DNA from: the human T2T-CHM13v2.0 reference genome, Homo sapiens
Length of the DNA stretch: 64,000 bases
Assembly (NCBI RefSeq): GCF_009914755.1
Contig: NC_060939.1
Strand: one strand, 5' to 3'
Below are positions 1 to 12,400 of the stretch, in pieces (positions within the stretch are counted from its first letter, which is position 1; each line of letters opens with the position of its first letter). The position numbers and the translations under genes were made by a program. The notes below the pieces were generated by a model that was given only the letters and a program-made list of their open reading frames with translations, was not told where the DNA came from and did no database searches.

Positions 1-1170
1 AGTTTCTCAGAATGCTTCTGTGTAGTTTTTTTTGTGAAGATATTTGATTTTCCACAGCAGGCTTCCAAGCACTCCAAATATCCACTCGCAGATTCTGCAA
101 AAAGAGAGATTCAAATCTGCTGAATCAAAAGATAGGTTTAACTCTGTGACTTCAATGCACACCTCACAAGGGTGTTTCTCAGAAAGCTTCTGTGTAGTTT
201 TTATATGAAGATATCTCCTTCTCCAAAGCAGGTCTCAAAGCCCTCCAAATATTCACTTCAAGATTCTACGGAAAGATTGTCTCAACACTGCTAAATCTAA
301 ACAAATGTTCAACTCTGTGTGATGAATGCACTCATCACAGAGAAGTTTCTCTGAATGCCTCTGTGTAGTTTTTATTTGAAGATATTTGCTTTTCCAGTAT
401 AGGGCGAAATAGGGCTCCAAATATTCACTTGCAGATTCTACAAAAGGAGAGATTCCAAACTGCTCAATCAAAACATAGGTTCAACACTGTGAGTTGAATG
501 CACACATCACAAAGAAGTTTCACAGAGTGCTTCTGGGTAGTTTTTATTTGAGGATATTTCCCTTTCCACAATAGGCCTCAAAGCTTTCCAAATATCCACT
601 TGCAGATTCTGCAAAAAGAGAGATACAAAACTGCTCTATCAAAAGATAGATTCGACTCTGTGAGTTGAATGCCAACATCGCAAAGAAGTTTCTCAGAATG
701 CTTCTCTGCAGCTTTTTTGTGAGTATGTTTCGTTTTCCACCATAGGGCGAAATGGGGCTCCAAATATCCACTTGCATTTCCTACAAAAAGAGAGATTCTA
801 AGCTGCTCAATCAAAACATTGTTTCAACACGGTTAGTTGAATGCACACATCCCAAAGATGTTTTTCAGAGTGCTTCTGTGTGGTTTTTATGTGAAGATAC
901 TTCCTTTTCCACAATAGGCCTCAAATCTCTGTAAATATCCACTTGCAGACTCTACAAAGAGTGTTTCCAAACTCCTCAATCATAAGATAGGTTCAACTCT
1001 GATAGTTGAATGCACACATCACAAAGAAGTTTCTCGGAAAGCTTCTGTGTAGTTTTTGATGAAGATATCTTCTTCTCTAAAACAGAACTCCAAGCCCTCC
1101 AAATATTCACTTCAAGATTCTACGGAAAGATTGTCTCAAACTGCTAAATCAAAACAAAGGTTCAACTCTG

Positions 1171-1192
1171 TGTGATGAATGCATTCATCACA
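1171..1192. other. Perfect 22-bp palindrome TGTGATGAATGCATTCATCACA in monomer 7, once per HOR
   Basis: The sequence equals its own reverse complement. It recurs at HOR position 1171-1192 in the copies inspected (e.g. 4585-4606, 62616-62637). Confidence 0.9.
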
Positions 1193-2606
1193 AAGAAGTT
1201 TCTCTGAGTGCTTCTGTGCAGTTTTTATTTGAAGATAATTGCTTTTCCAGTATAGGGCGAAATAGGGCTCCAAATATTCACTTGCAGATTCTACAGAAAG
1301 AGAGATTCCAAACTGCTCAATCAAAACATAGGTTCAACACTGTGAGTTGAATGCATACATCGCAAAGAAGTTTCACAGAGTACTTCTGGGTGGTTTTTAT
1401 TTGAAGATATTTCCCTTTCCACAATAGGCCTCAAAGCTTTCCAAATGTCCACTTGCAGATTCCACCAAAAGAGTGTTTCGAAACTGCTCAATCAAAAGAA
1501 AGGTTCTACTCTGTGGGATGAATGCACACATCACAAAGTAGTTTCTCAGAATGCTTCTGTGTAGTTTTTATGTGAAGATATTTGTTTTTCCACAGTAGGC
1601 CCCAAAGAGCTCCAAATATTCACTTGCAGATTCTACAAAAAGAGTGTTCCAAAACTGCTCAATCATGAAATAGGATCAACCCTGTGAGATGAATGTACGT
1701 ATGACAGAGAAGTTTCTCAGAATGCTTCTGTGTAGCTTTTATGCGAAGATATTCGACTTTCCACAGTACGCCTCAAAGTTCTCCAATTATCCACTCGTAG
1801 ATCCTGCAAAAAGAGAGATTCAAAACTGCTCAATCAAAAGATAGTTTCTACTCCATTAGCTGAAAGACCACATCACAAAAAAAGTTTCTCAGGATGCTTC
1901 TGTGTAGTTTTTATGTGAAGATATTTGGTTTTCCACAGTAGGCCTCAAAGCGCTCCAAATATCCACTCACAGATTCTGCAAAAAGAGAGATTCAAAACTG
2001 CTGAATCAAAAGACAGTTTCAACTCTGTGACTTCAGTGCACACCTCACAAGGATGTTTCTCAGAATGCTTCTGTGTAGTTTTTATATAAAGATATCTCCT
2101 TCTCCAAAATGGATCTCAAAGTTCTCCAAATATTCACTTCCAGATTCTATGGAAAGATTGTCTCAAAACTGCTCAATCAAACCAAAGGTTCAACTCTGTG
2201 AGATGAATGCCCACATCACAAAGAAGTTTCTCAGAGTACTTCTGTGTAGTTTCTATTTGAGGATAGTTCCTTTTCCACCACAGACCAGAAAGGGCTCCAA
2301 ATATCCATTGCAGATGGTACAAAAAGTGAGATTCAAAACTGCTCAATCCAAAGGTAGTTTCAACCATGTGATATGAATGCACACAGCACAGAGAATTTTC
2401 TCAAAATGCGTCTGTCTAGTTTTTATTTGAAGATATTTCCTTTTCTACCATAGGCCACAAACGTCTCCAAATATCCACATGCAGCTTCTACAAAAAGAGA
2501 GATTCAAAACTTCTCAATCAAAAGATAGGTTCAACTCTGTGAGTTGAAAGCACACCTCACAGAGAAGTTTCTCAGAGTGCTTCTGTGTGTTTTTATGTGA
2601 AGATAT

Positions 2607-2623
2607 TTCCTTTTCCACAATAG
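2607..2623 (-). promoter_or_regulatory. pJ-alpha (A-box)-like site at the CENP-B box position (example: monomer 16)
   Basis: ttccttttccacaatag is about one mismatch from the reverse complement of the pJ-alpha box as I recall it (TTCCTTTTYCACCRTAG). Similar sequence lies at 2437-2453 and in other monomers. No TCCCGTTTCCAACGAAG (CENP-B box) was seen. Confidence 0.6.
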
Positions 2624-3414
2624 GCCTCAAAGCTCTCCAAATATCTGCGAGCAGAGTCTACAAAATGAGAGATTCAAAACTGCTCAATGAAAAGATAGGT
2701 TCAACTCTGTGAGTTGAATGCACACCTCCAAAGAAGTTTCTCAGAATGCTTCCGTGTAGTTTTTATGTGAAGATATTTACTTTTCCACAGTTGTCCCAAA
2801 GCTCTAAAATGTCCACTTGCAGACCCTCCAAAAGAGTGTTTCAGAATTGCTCAATCAAAGGGAAGGTTCAATTCTGTGTGACCAATGCACTCATCACAAA
2901 GAAGTTTGTCTGAATGCTTCTGTGTAGAATTGATTTGAAGATAATTCCTTTTCCACCACAGTCCGCAAAGGGCTAAAAATATCCACTTGCCGATTCCACA
3001 AAAAGAGAGATTCAAAACTGCTCAATCACAAGATAGGTTCAACTTGGTAATTGGAAAGCACACATGACAAACAATTTCTGAGAATGTTTCTGTGTAGTTT
3101 TTAAGGGAAGATATTTGATTTTCAAATGTAGGCCTCAAATCGCTCCAAATATCCACTTGCATATTGTACAAAAAGAGAGATTCAAAACTGGTCACTCAAA
3201 AGTTAGGTCCAGCTCTGTGAGCTGAATGCACACATCACAAAGATGTTTCTCAGAAGGTTTCTGTATAGTTTTTATATGAAGATATTTGCTTTTCCACAAT
3301 ATGCCTCAAATCTCCCCAATTATCCACTTGCAGATTCTAGAAAAAGAGTGTTTCAAAACAGCTCAATCAAAATAAACTTTCAACTCTGTGAGATCAATGC
3401 ACACATCACAAAGA

Positions 3415-6400
3415 AGTTTCTCAGAATGCTTCTGTGTAGTTTTTTTTGTGAAGATATTTGATTTTCCACAGCAGGCTTCCAAGCACTCCAAATATCCACT
3501 CGCAGATTCTGCAAAAAGAGAGATTCAAATCTGCTGAATCAAAAGATAGGTTTAACTCTGTGACTTCAATGCACACCTCACAAGGGTGTTTCTCAGAAAG
3601 CTTCTGTGTAGTTTTTATATGAAGATATCTCCTTCTCCAAAGCAGGTCTCAAAGCCCTCCAAATATTCACTTCAAGATTCTACGGAAAGATTGTCTCAAC
3701 ACTGCTAAATCTAAACAAATGTTCAACTCTGTGTGATGAATGCACTCATCACAGAGAAGTTTCTCTGAATGCCTCTGTGTAGTTTTTATTTGAAGATATT
3801 TGCTTTTCCAGTATAGGGCGAAATAGGGCTCCAAATATTCACTTGCAGATTCTACAAAAGGAGAGATTCCAAACTGCTCAATCAAAACATAGGTTCAACA
3901 CTGTGAGTTGAATGCACACATCACAAAGAAGTTTCACAGAGTGCTTCTGGGTAGTTTTTATTTGAGGATATTTCCCTTTCCACAATAGGCCTCAAAGCTT
4001 TCCAAATATCCACTTGCAGATTCTGCAAAAAGAGAGATACAAAACTGCTCTATCAAAAGATAGATTCGACTCTGTGAGTTGAATGCCAACATCGCAAAGA
4101 AGTTTCTCAGAATGCTTCTCTGCAGCTTTTTTGTGAGTATGTTTCGTTTTCCACCATAGGGCGAAATGGGGCTCCAAATATCCACTTGCATTTCCTACAA
4201 AAAGAGAGATTCTAAGCTGCTCAATCAAAACATTGTTTCAACACGGTTAGTTGAATGCACACATCCCAAAGATGTTTTTCAGAGTGCTTCTGTGTGGTTT
4301 TTATGTGAAGATACTTCCTTTTCCACAATAGGCCTCAAATCTCTGTAAATATCCACTTGCAGACTCTACAAAGAGTGTTTCCAAACTCCTCAATCATAAG
4401 ATAGGTTCAACTCTGATAGTTGAATGCACACATCACAAAGAAGTTTCTCGGAAAGCTTCTGTGTAGTTTTTGATGAAGATATCTTCTTCTCTAAAACAGA
4501 ACTCCAAGCCCTCCAAATATTCACTTCAAGATTCTACGGAAAGATTGTCTCAAACTGCTAAATCAAAACAAAGGTTCAACTCTGTGTGATGAATGCATTC
4601 ATCACAAAGAAGTTTCTCTGAGTGCTTCTGTGCAGTTTTTATTTGAAGATAATTGCTTTTCCAGTATAGGGCGAAATAGGGCTCCAAATATTCACTTGCA
4701 GATTCTACAGAAAGAGAGATTCCAAACTGCTCAATCAAAACATAGGTTCAACACTGTGAGTTGAATGCATACATCGCAAAGAAGTTTCACAGAGTACTTC
4801 TGGGTGGTTTTTATTTGAAGATATTTCCCTTTCCACAATAGGCCTCAAAGCTTTCCAAATGTCCACTTGCAGATTCCACCAAAAGAGTGTTTCGAAACTG
4901 CTCAATCAAAAGAAAGGTTCTACTCTGTGGGATGAATGCACACATCACAAAGTAGTTTCTCAGAATGCTTCTGTGTAGTTTTTATGTGAAGATATTTGTT
5001 TTTCCACAGTAGGCCCCAAAGAGCTCCAAATATTCACTTGCAGATTCTACAAAAAGAGTGTTCCAAAACTGCTCAATCATGAAATAGGATCAACCCTGTG
5101 AGATGAATGTACGTATGACACAGAAGTTTCTCAGAATGCTTCTGTGTAGTTTTTATGCGAAGATATTCGACTTTCCACAGTACGCCTCAAAGTTCTCCAA
5201 TTATCCACTCGTAGATCCTGCAAAAAGAGAGATTCAAAACTGCTCAATCAAAAGATAGTTTCTACTCCATTAGCTGAAAGACCACATCACAAAAAAAGTT
5301 TCTCAGGATGCTTCTGTGTAGTTTTTATGTGAAGATATTTGGTTTTCCACAGTAGGCCTCAAAGCGCTCCAAATATCCACTCACAGATTCTGCAAAAAGA
5401 GAGATTCAAAACTGCTGAATCAAAAGACAGTTTCAACTCTGTGACTTCAGTGCACACCTCACAAGGATGTTTCTCAGAATGCTTCTGTGTAGTTTTTATA
5501 TAAAGATATCTCCTTCTCCAAAATGGATCTCAAAGTTCTCCAAATATTCACTTCCAGATTCTATGGAAAGATTGTCTCAAAACTGCTCAATCAAACCAAA
5601 GGTTCAACTCTGTGAGATGAATGCCCACATCACAAAGAAGTTTCTCAGAGTACTTCTGTGTAGTTTCTATTTGAGGATAGTTCCTTTTCCACCACAGACC
5701 AGAAAGGGCTCCAAATATCCATTGCAGATGGTACAAAAAGTGAGATTCAAAACTGCTCAATCCAAAGGTAGTTTCAACCATGTGATATGAATGCACACAG
5801 CACAGAGAATTTTCTCAAAATGCGTCTGTCTAGTTTTTATTTGAAGATATTTCCTTTTCTACCATAGGCCACAAACGTCTCCAAATATCCACATGCAGCT
5901 TCTACAAAAAGAGAGATTCAAAACTTCTCAATCAAAAGATAGGTTCAACTCTGTGAGTTGAAAGCACACCTCACAGAGAAGTTTCTCAGAGTGCTTCTGT
6001 GTGTTTTTATGTGAAGATATTTCCTTTTCCACAATAGGCCTCAAAGCTCTCCAAATATCTGCGAGCAGAGTCTACAAAATGAGAGATTCAAAACTGCTCA
6101 ATGAAAAGATAGGTTCAACTCTGTGAGTTGAATGCACACCTCCAAAGAAGTTTCTCAGAATGCTTCCGTGTAGTTTTTATGTGAAGATATTTACTTTTCC
6201 ACAGTTGTCCCAAAGCTCTAAAATGTCCACTTGCAGACCCTCCAAAAGAGTGTCTCAGAATTGCTCAATCAAAGGGAAGGTTCAATTCTGTGTGACCAAT
6301 GCACTCATCACAAAGAAGTTTGTCTGAATGCTTCTGTGTAGAATTGATTTGAAGATAATTCCTTTTCCACCACAGTCCGCAAAGGGCTAAAAATATCCAC

Positions 6401-9400
6401 TTGCCGATTCCACAAAAAGAGAGATTCAAAACTGCTCAATCACAAGATAGGTTCAACTTGGTAATTGGAAAGCACACATGACAAACAATTTCTGAGAATG
6501 TTTCTGTGTAGTTTTTAAGGGAAGATATTTGATTTTCAAATGTAGGCCTCAAATCGCTCCAAATATCCACTTGCATATTGTACAAAAAGAGAGATTCAAA
6601 ACTGGTCACTCAAAAGTTAGGTCCAGCTCTGTGAGCTGAATGCACACATCACAAAGATGTTTCTCAGAAGGTTTCTGTATAGTTTTTATATGAAGATATT
6701 GGCTTTTCCACAATATGCCTCAAATCTCCCCAATTATCCACTTGCAGATTCTAGAAAAAGAGTGTTTCAAAACAGCTCAATCAAAATAAACTTTCAACTC
6801 TGTGAGATCAATGCACACATCACAAAGAAGTTTCTCAGAATGCTTCTGTGTAGTTTTTTTTGTGAAGATATTTGATTTTCCACAGCAGGCTTCCAAGCAC
6901 TCCAAATATCCACTCGCAGATTCTGCAAAAAGAGAGATTCAAATCTGCTGAATCAAAAGATAGGTTTAACTCTGTGACTTCAATGCACACCTCACAAGGG
7001 TGTTTCTCAGAAAGCTTCTGTGTAGTTTTTATATGAAGATATCTCCTTCTCCAAAGCAGGTCTCAAAGCCCTCCAAATATTCACTTCAAGATTCTACGGA
7101 AAGATTGTCTCAACACTGCTAAATCTAAACAAATGTTCAACTCTGTGTGATGAATGCACTCATCACAGAGAAGTTTCTCTGAATGCCTCTGTGTAGTTTT
7201 TATTTGAAGATATTTGCTTTTCCAGTATAGGGCGAAATAGGGCTCCAAATATTCACTTGCAGATTCTACAAAAGGAGAGATTCCAAACTGCTCAATCAAA
7301 ACATAGGTTCAACACTGTGAGTTGAATGCACACATCACAAAGAAGTTTCACAGAGTGCTTCTGGGTAGTTTTTATTTGAGGATATTTCCCTTTCCACAAT
7401 AGGCCTCAAAGCTTTCCAAATATCCACTTGCAGATTCTGCAAAAAGAGAGATACAAAACTGCTCTATCAAAAGATAGATTCGACTCTGTGAGTTGAATGC
7501 CAACATCGCAAAGAAGTTTCTCAGAATGCTTCTCTGCAGCTTTTTTGTGAGTATGTTTCGTTTTCCACCATAGGGCGAAATGGGGCTCCAAATATCCACT
7601 TGCATTTCCTACAAAAAGAGAGATTCTAAGCTGCTCAATCAAAACATTGTTTCAACACGGTTAGTTTAATGCACACATCCCAAAGATGTTTTTCAGAGTG
7701 CTTCTGTGTGGTTTTTATGTGAAGATACTTCCTTTTCCACAATAGGCCTCAAATCTCTGTAAATATCCACTTGCAGACTCTACAAAGAGTGTTTCCAAAC
7801 TCCTCAATCATAAGATAGGTTCAACTCTGATAGTTGAATGCACACATCACAAAGAAGTTTCTCGGAAAGCTTCTGTGTAGTTTTTGATGAAGATATCTTC
7901 TTCTCTAAAACAGAACTCCAAGCCCTCCAAATATTCACTTCAAGATTCTACGGAAAGATTGTCTCAAACTGCTAAATCAAAACAAAGGTTCAACTCTGTG
8001 TGATGAATGCATTCATCACAAAGAAGTTTCTCTGAGTGCTTCTGTGCAGTTTTTATTTGAAGATAATTGCTTTTCCAGTATAGGGCGAAATAGGGCTCCA
8101 AATATTCACTTGCAGATTCTACAGAAAGAGAGATTCCAAACTGCTCAATCAAAACATAGGTTCAACACTGTGAGTTGAATGCATACATCGCAAAGAAGTT
8201 TCACAGAGTACTTCTGGGTGGTTTTTATTTGAAGATATTTCCCTTTCCACAATAGGCCTCAAAGCTTTCCAAATGTCCACTTGCAGATTCCACCAAAAGA
8301 GTGTTTCGAAACTGCTCAATCAAAAGAAAGGTTCTACTCTGTGGGATGAATGCACACATCACAAAGTAGTTTCTCAGAATGCTTCTGTGTAGTTTTTATG
8401 TGAAGATATTTGTTTTTCCACAGTAGGCCCCAAAGAGCTCCAAATATTCACTTGCAGATTCTACAAAAAGAGTGTTCCAAAACTGCTCAATCATGAAATA
8501 GGATCAACCCTGTGAGATGAATGTACGTATGACAGAGAAGTTTCTCAGAATGCTTCTGTGTAGTTTTTATGCGAAGATATTCGACTTTCCACAGTACGCC
8601 TCAAAGTTCTCCAATTATCCACTCGTAGATCCTGCAAAAAGAGAGATTCAAAACTGCTCAATCAAAAGATAGTTTCTACTCCATTAGCTGAAAGACCACA
8701 TCACAAAAAAAGTTTCTCAGGATGCTTCTGTGTAGTTTTTATGTGAAGATATTTGGTTTTCCACAGTAGGCCTCAAAGCGCTCCAAATATCCACTCACAG
8801 ATTCTGCAAAAAGAGAGATTCAAAACTGCTGAATCAAAAGACAGTTTCAACTCTGTGACTTCAGTGCACACCTCACAAGGATGTTTCTCAGAATGCTTCT
8901 GTGTAGTTTTTATATAAAGATATCTCCTTCTCCAAAATGGATCTCAAAGTTCTCCAAATATTCACTTCCAGATTCTATGGAAAGATTGTCTCAAAACTGC
9001 TCAATCAAACCAAAGGTTCAACTCTGTGAGATGAATGCCCACATCACAAAGAAGTTTCTCAGAGTACTTCTGTGTAGTTTCTATTTGAGGATAGTTCCTT
9101 TTCCACCACAGACCAGAAAGGGCTCCAAATATCCATTGCAGATGGTACAAAAAGTGAGATTCAAAACTGCTCAATCCAAAGGTAGTTTCAACCATGTGAT
9201 ATGAATGCACACAGCACAGAGAATTTTCTCAAAATGCGTCTGTCTAGTTTTTATTTGAAGATATTTCCTTTTCTACCATAGGCCACAAACGTCTCCAAAT
9301 ATCCACATGCAGCTTCTACAAAAAGAGAGATTCAAAACTTCTCAATCAAAAGATAGGTTCAACTCTGTGAGTTGAAAGCACACCTCACAGAGAAGTTTCT

Positions 9401-12400
9401 CAGAGTGCTTCTGTGTGTTTTTATGTGAAGATATTTCCTTTTCCACAATAGGCCTCAAAGCTCTCCAAATATCTGCGAGCAGAGTCTACAAAATGAGAGA
9501 TTCAAAACTGCTCAATGAAAAGATAGGTTCAACTCTGTGAGTTGAATGCACACCTCCAAAGAAGTTTCTCAGAATGCTTCCGTGTAGTTTTTATGTGAAG
9601 ATATTTACTTTTCCACAGTTGTCCCAAAGCTCTAAAATGTCCACTTGCAGACCCTCCAAAAGAGTGTTTCAGAATTGCTCAATCAAAGGGAAGGTTCAAT
9701 TCTGTGTGACCAATGCACTCATCACAAAGAAGTTTGTCTGAATGCTTCTGTGTAGAATTGATTTGAAGATAATTCCTTTTCCACCACAGTCCGCAAAGGG
9801 CTAAAAATATCCACTTGCCGATTCCACAAAAAGAGAGATTCAAAACTGCTCAATCACAAGATAGGTTCAACTTGGTAATTGGAAAGCACACATGACAAAC
9901 AATTTCTGAGAATGTTTCTGTGTAGTTTTTAAGGGAAGATATTTGATTTTCAAATGTAGGCCTCAAATCGCTCCAAATATCCACTTGCATATTGTACAAA
10001 AAGAGAGATTCAAAACTGGTCACTCAAAAGTTAGGTCCAGCTCTGTGAGCTGAATGCACACATCACAAAGATGTTTCTCAGAAGGTTTCTGTATAGTTTT
10101 TATATGAAGATATTGGCTTTTCCACAATATGCCTCAAATCTCCCCAATTATCCACTTGCAGATTCTAGAAAAAGAGTGTTTCAAAACAGCTCAATCAAAA
10201 TAAACTTTCAACTCTGTGAGATCAATGCACACATCACAAAGAAGTTTCTCAGAATGCTTCTGTGTAGTTTTTTTTGTGAAGATATTTGATTTTCCACAGC
10301 AGGCTTCCAAGCACTCCAAATATCCACTCGCAGATTCTGCAAAAAGAGAGATTCAAATCTGCTGAATCAAAAGATAGGTTTAACTCTGTGACTTCAATGC
10401 ACACCTCACAAGGGTGTTTCTCAGAAAGCTTCTGTGTAGTTTTTATATGAAGATATCTCCTTCTCCAAAGCAGGTCTCAAAGCCCTCCAAATATTCACTT
10501 CAAGATTCTACGGAAAGATTGTCTCAACACTGCTAAATCTAAACAAATGTTCAACTCTGTGTGATGAATGCACTCATCACAGAGAAGTTTCTCTGAATGC
10601 CTCTGTGTAGTTTTTATTTGAAGATATTTGCTTTTCCAGTATAGGGCGAAATAGGGCTCCAAATATTCACTTGCAGATTCTACAAAAGGAGAGATTCCAA
10701 ACTGCTCAATCAAAACATAGGTTCAACACTGTGAGTTGAATGCACACATCACAAAGAAGTTTCACAGAGTGCTTCTGGGTAGTTTTTATTTGAGGATATT
10801 TCCCTTTCCACAATAGGCCTCAAAGCTTTCCAAATATCCACTTGCAGATTCTGCAAAAAGAGAGATACAAAACTGCTCTATCAAAAGATAGATTCGACTC
10901 TGTGAGTTGAATGCCAACATCGCAAAGAAGTTTCTCAGAATGCTTCTCTGCAGCTTTTTTGTGAGTATGTTTCGTTTTCCACCATAGGGCGAAATGGGGC
11001 TCCAAATATCCACTTGCATTTCCTACAAAAAGAGAGATTCTAAGCTGCTCAATCAAAACATTGTTTCAACACGGTTAGTTGAATGCACACATCCCAAAGA
11101 TGTTTTTCAGAGTGCTTCTGTGTGGTTTTTATGTGAAGATACTTCCTTTTCCACAATAGGCCTCAAATCTCTGTAAATATCCACTTGCAGACTCTACAAA
11201 GAGTGTTTCCAAACTCCTCAATCATAAGATAGGTTCAACTCCGATAGTTGAATGCACACATCACAAAGAAGTTTCTCAGAAAGCTTCTGTGTAGTTTTTG
11301 ATGAAGATATCTTCTTCTCTAAAACAGAACTCCAAGCCCTCCAAATATTCACTTCAAGATTCTACGGAAAGATTGTCTCAAACTGCTAAATCAAAACAAA
11401 GGTTCAACTCTGTGTGATGAATGCATTCATCACAAAGAAGTTTCTCTGAGTGCTTCTGTGCAGTTTTTATTTGAAGATAATTGCTTTTCCAGTATAGGGT
11501 GAAATAGGGCTCCAAATATTCACTTGCAGATTCTACAGAAAGAGAGATTCCAAACTGCTCAATCAAAACATAGGTTCAACACTGTGAGTTGAATGCATAC
11601 ATCGCAAAGAAGTTTCACAGAGTACTTCTGGGTGGTTTTTATTTGAAGATATTTCCCTTTCCACAATAGGCCTCAAAGCTTTCCAAATGTCCACTTGCAG
11701 ATTCCACCAAAAGAGTGTTTCGAAACTGCTCAATCAAAAGAAAGGTTCTACTCTGTGGGATGAATGCACACATCACAAAGTAGTTTCTCAGAATGCTTCT
11801 GTGTAGTTTTTATGTGAAGATATTTGTTTTTCCACAGTAGGCCCCAAAGAGCTCCAAATATTCACTTGCAGATTCTACAAAAAGAGTGTTCCAAAACTGC
11901 TCAATCATGAAATAGGATCAACCCTGTGAGATGAATGTACGTATGACAGAGAAGTTTCTCAGAATGCTTCTGTGTAGTTTTTATGCGAAGATATTCGACT
12001 TTCCACAGTACGCCTCAAAGTTCTCCAATTATCCACTCGTAGATCCTGCAAAAAGAGAGATTCAAAACTGCTCAATCAAAAGATAGTTTCTACTCCATTA
12101 GCTGAAAGACCACATCACAAAAAAAGTTTCTCAGGATGCTTCTGTGTAGTTTTTATGTGAAGATATTTGGTTTTCCACAGTAGGCCTCAAAGCGCTCCAA
12201 ATATCCACTCACAGATTCTGCAAAAAGAGAGATTCAAAACTGCTGAATCAAAAGACAGTTTCAACTCTGTGACTTCAGTGCACACCTCACAAGGATGTTT
12301 CTCAGAATGCTTCTGTGTAGTTTTTATATAAAGATATCTCCTTCTCCAAAATGGATCTCAAAGTTCTCCAAATATTCACTTCCAGATTCTATGGAAAGAT

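Larger units (their letters stand above)
1..3414 (-). repeat. HOR copy 1 (reference unit, 20 monomers)
   Basis: Monomer starts at the (a/t)gtttctcag landmark: 1, 173, 344, 516, 687, 859, 1028, 1197, 1369, 1540, 1711, 1883, 2054, 2225, 2395, 2566, 2735, 2903, 3073, 3244. The unit restarts at 3415. The phase is arbitrary, set by the window start. Confidence 0.96.

Noticed and set aside
23-36. T8 tract in monomer 1 (and A tract near 1877) as a terminator or variable microsatellite
   Set aside because: There is no transcription unit or hairpin context, and no length variation appears among copies.
728-752. tttcgttttccaccatagggcgaaa in monomer 5 resembling a CENP-B box
   Set aside because: TTCG is not followed by the A and CGGG at the required spacing. 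It is a mutated A-type box.
1-3414. Identification as Y-chromosome DYZ3 because CENP-B boxes are absent
   Set aside because: The DYZ3 HOR is about 5.8 kb (34-mer), whereas the period here is 3.4 kb (20-mer).
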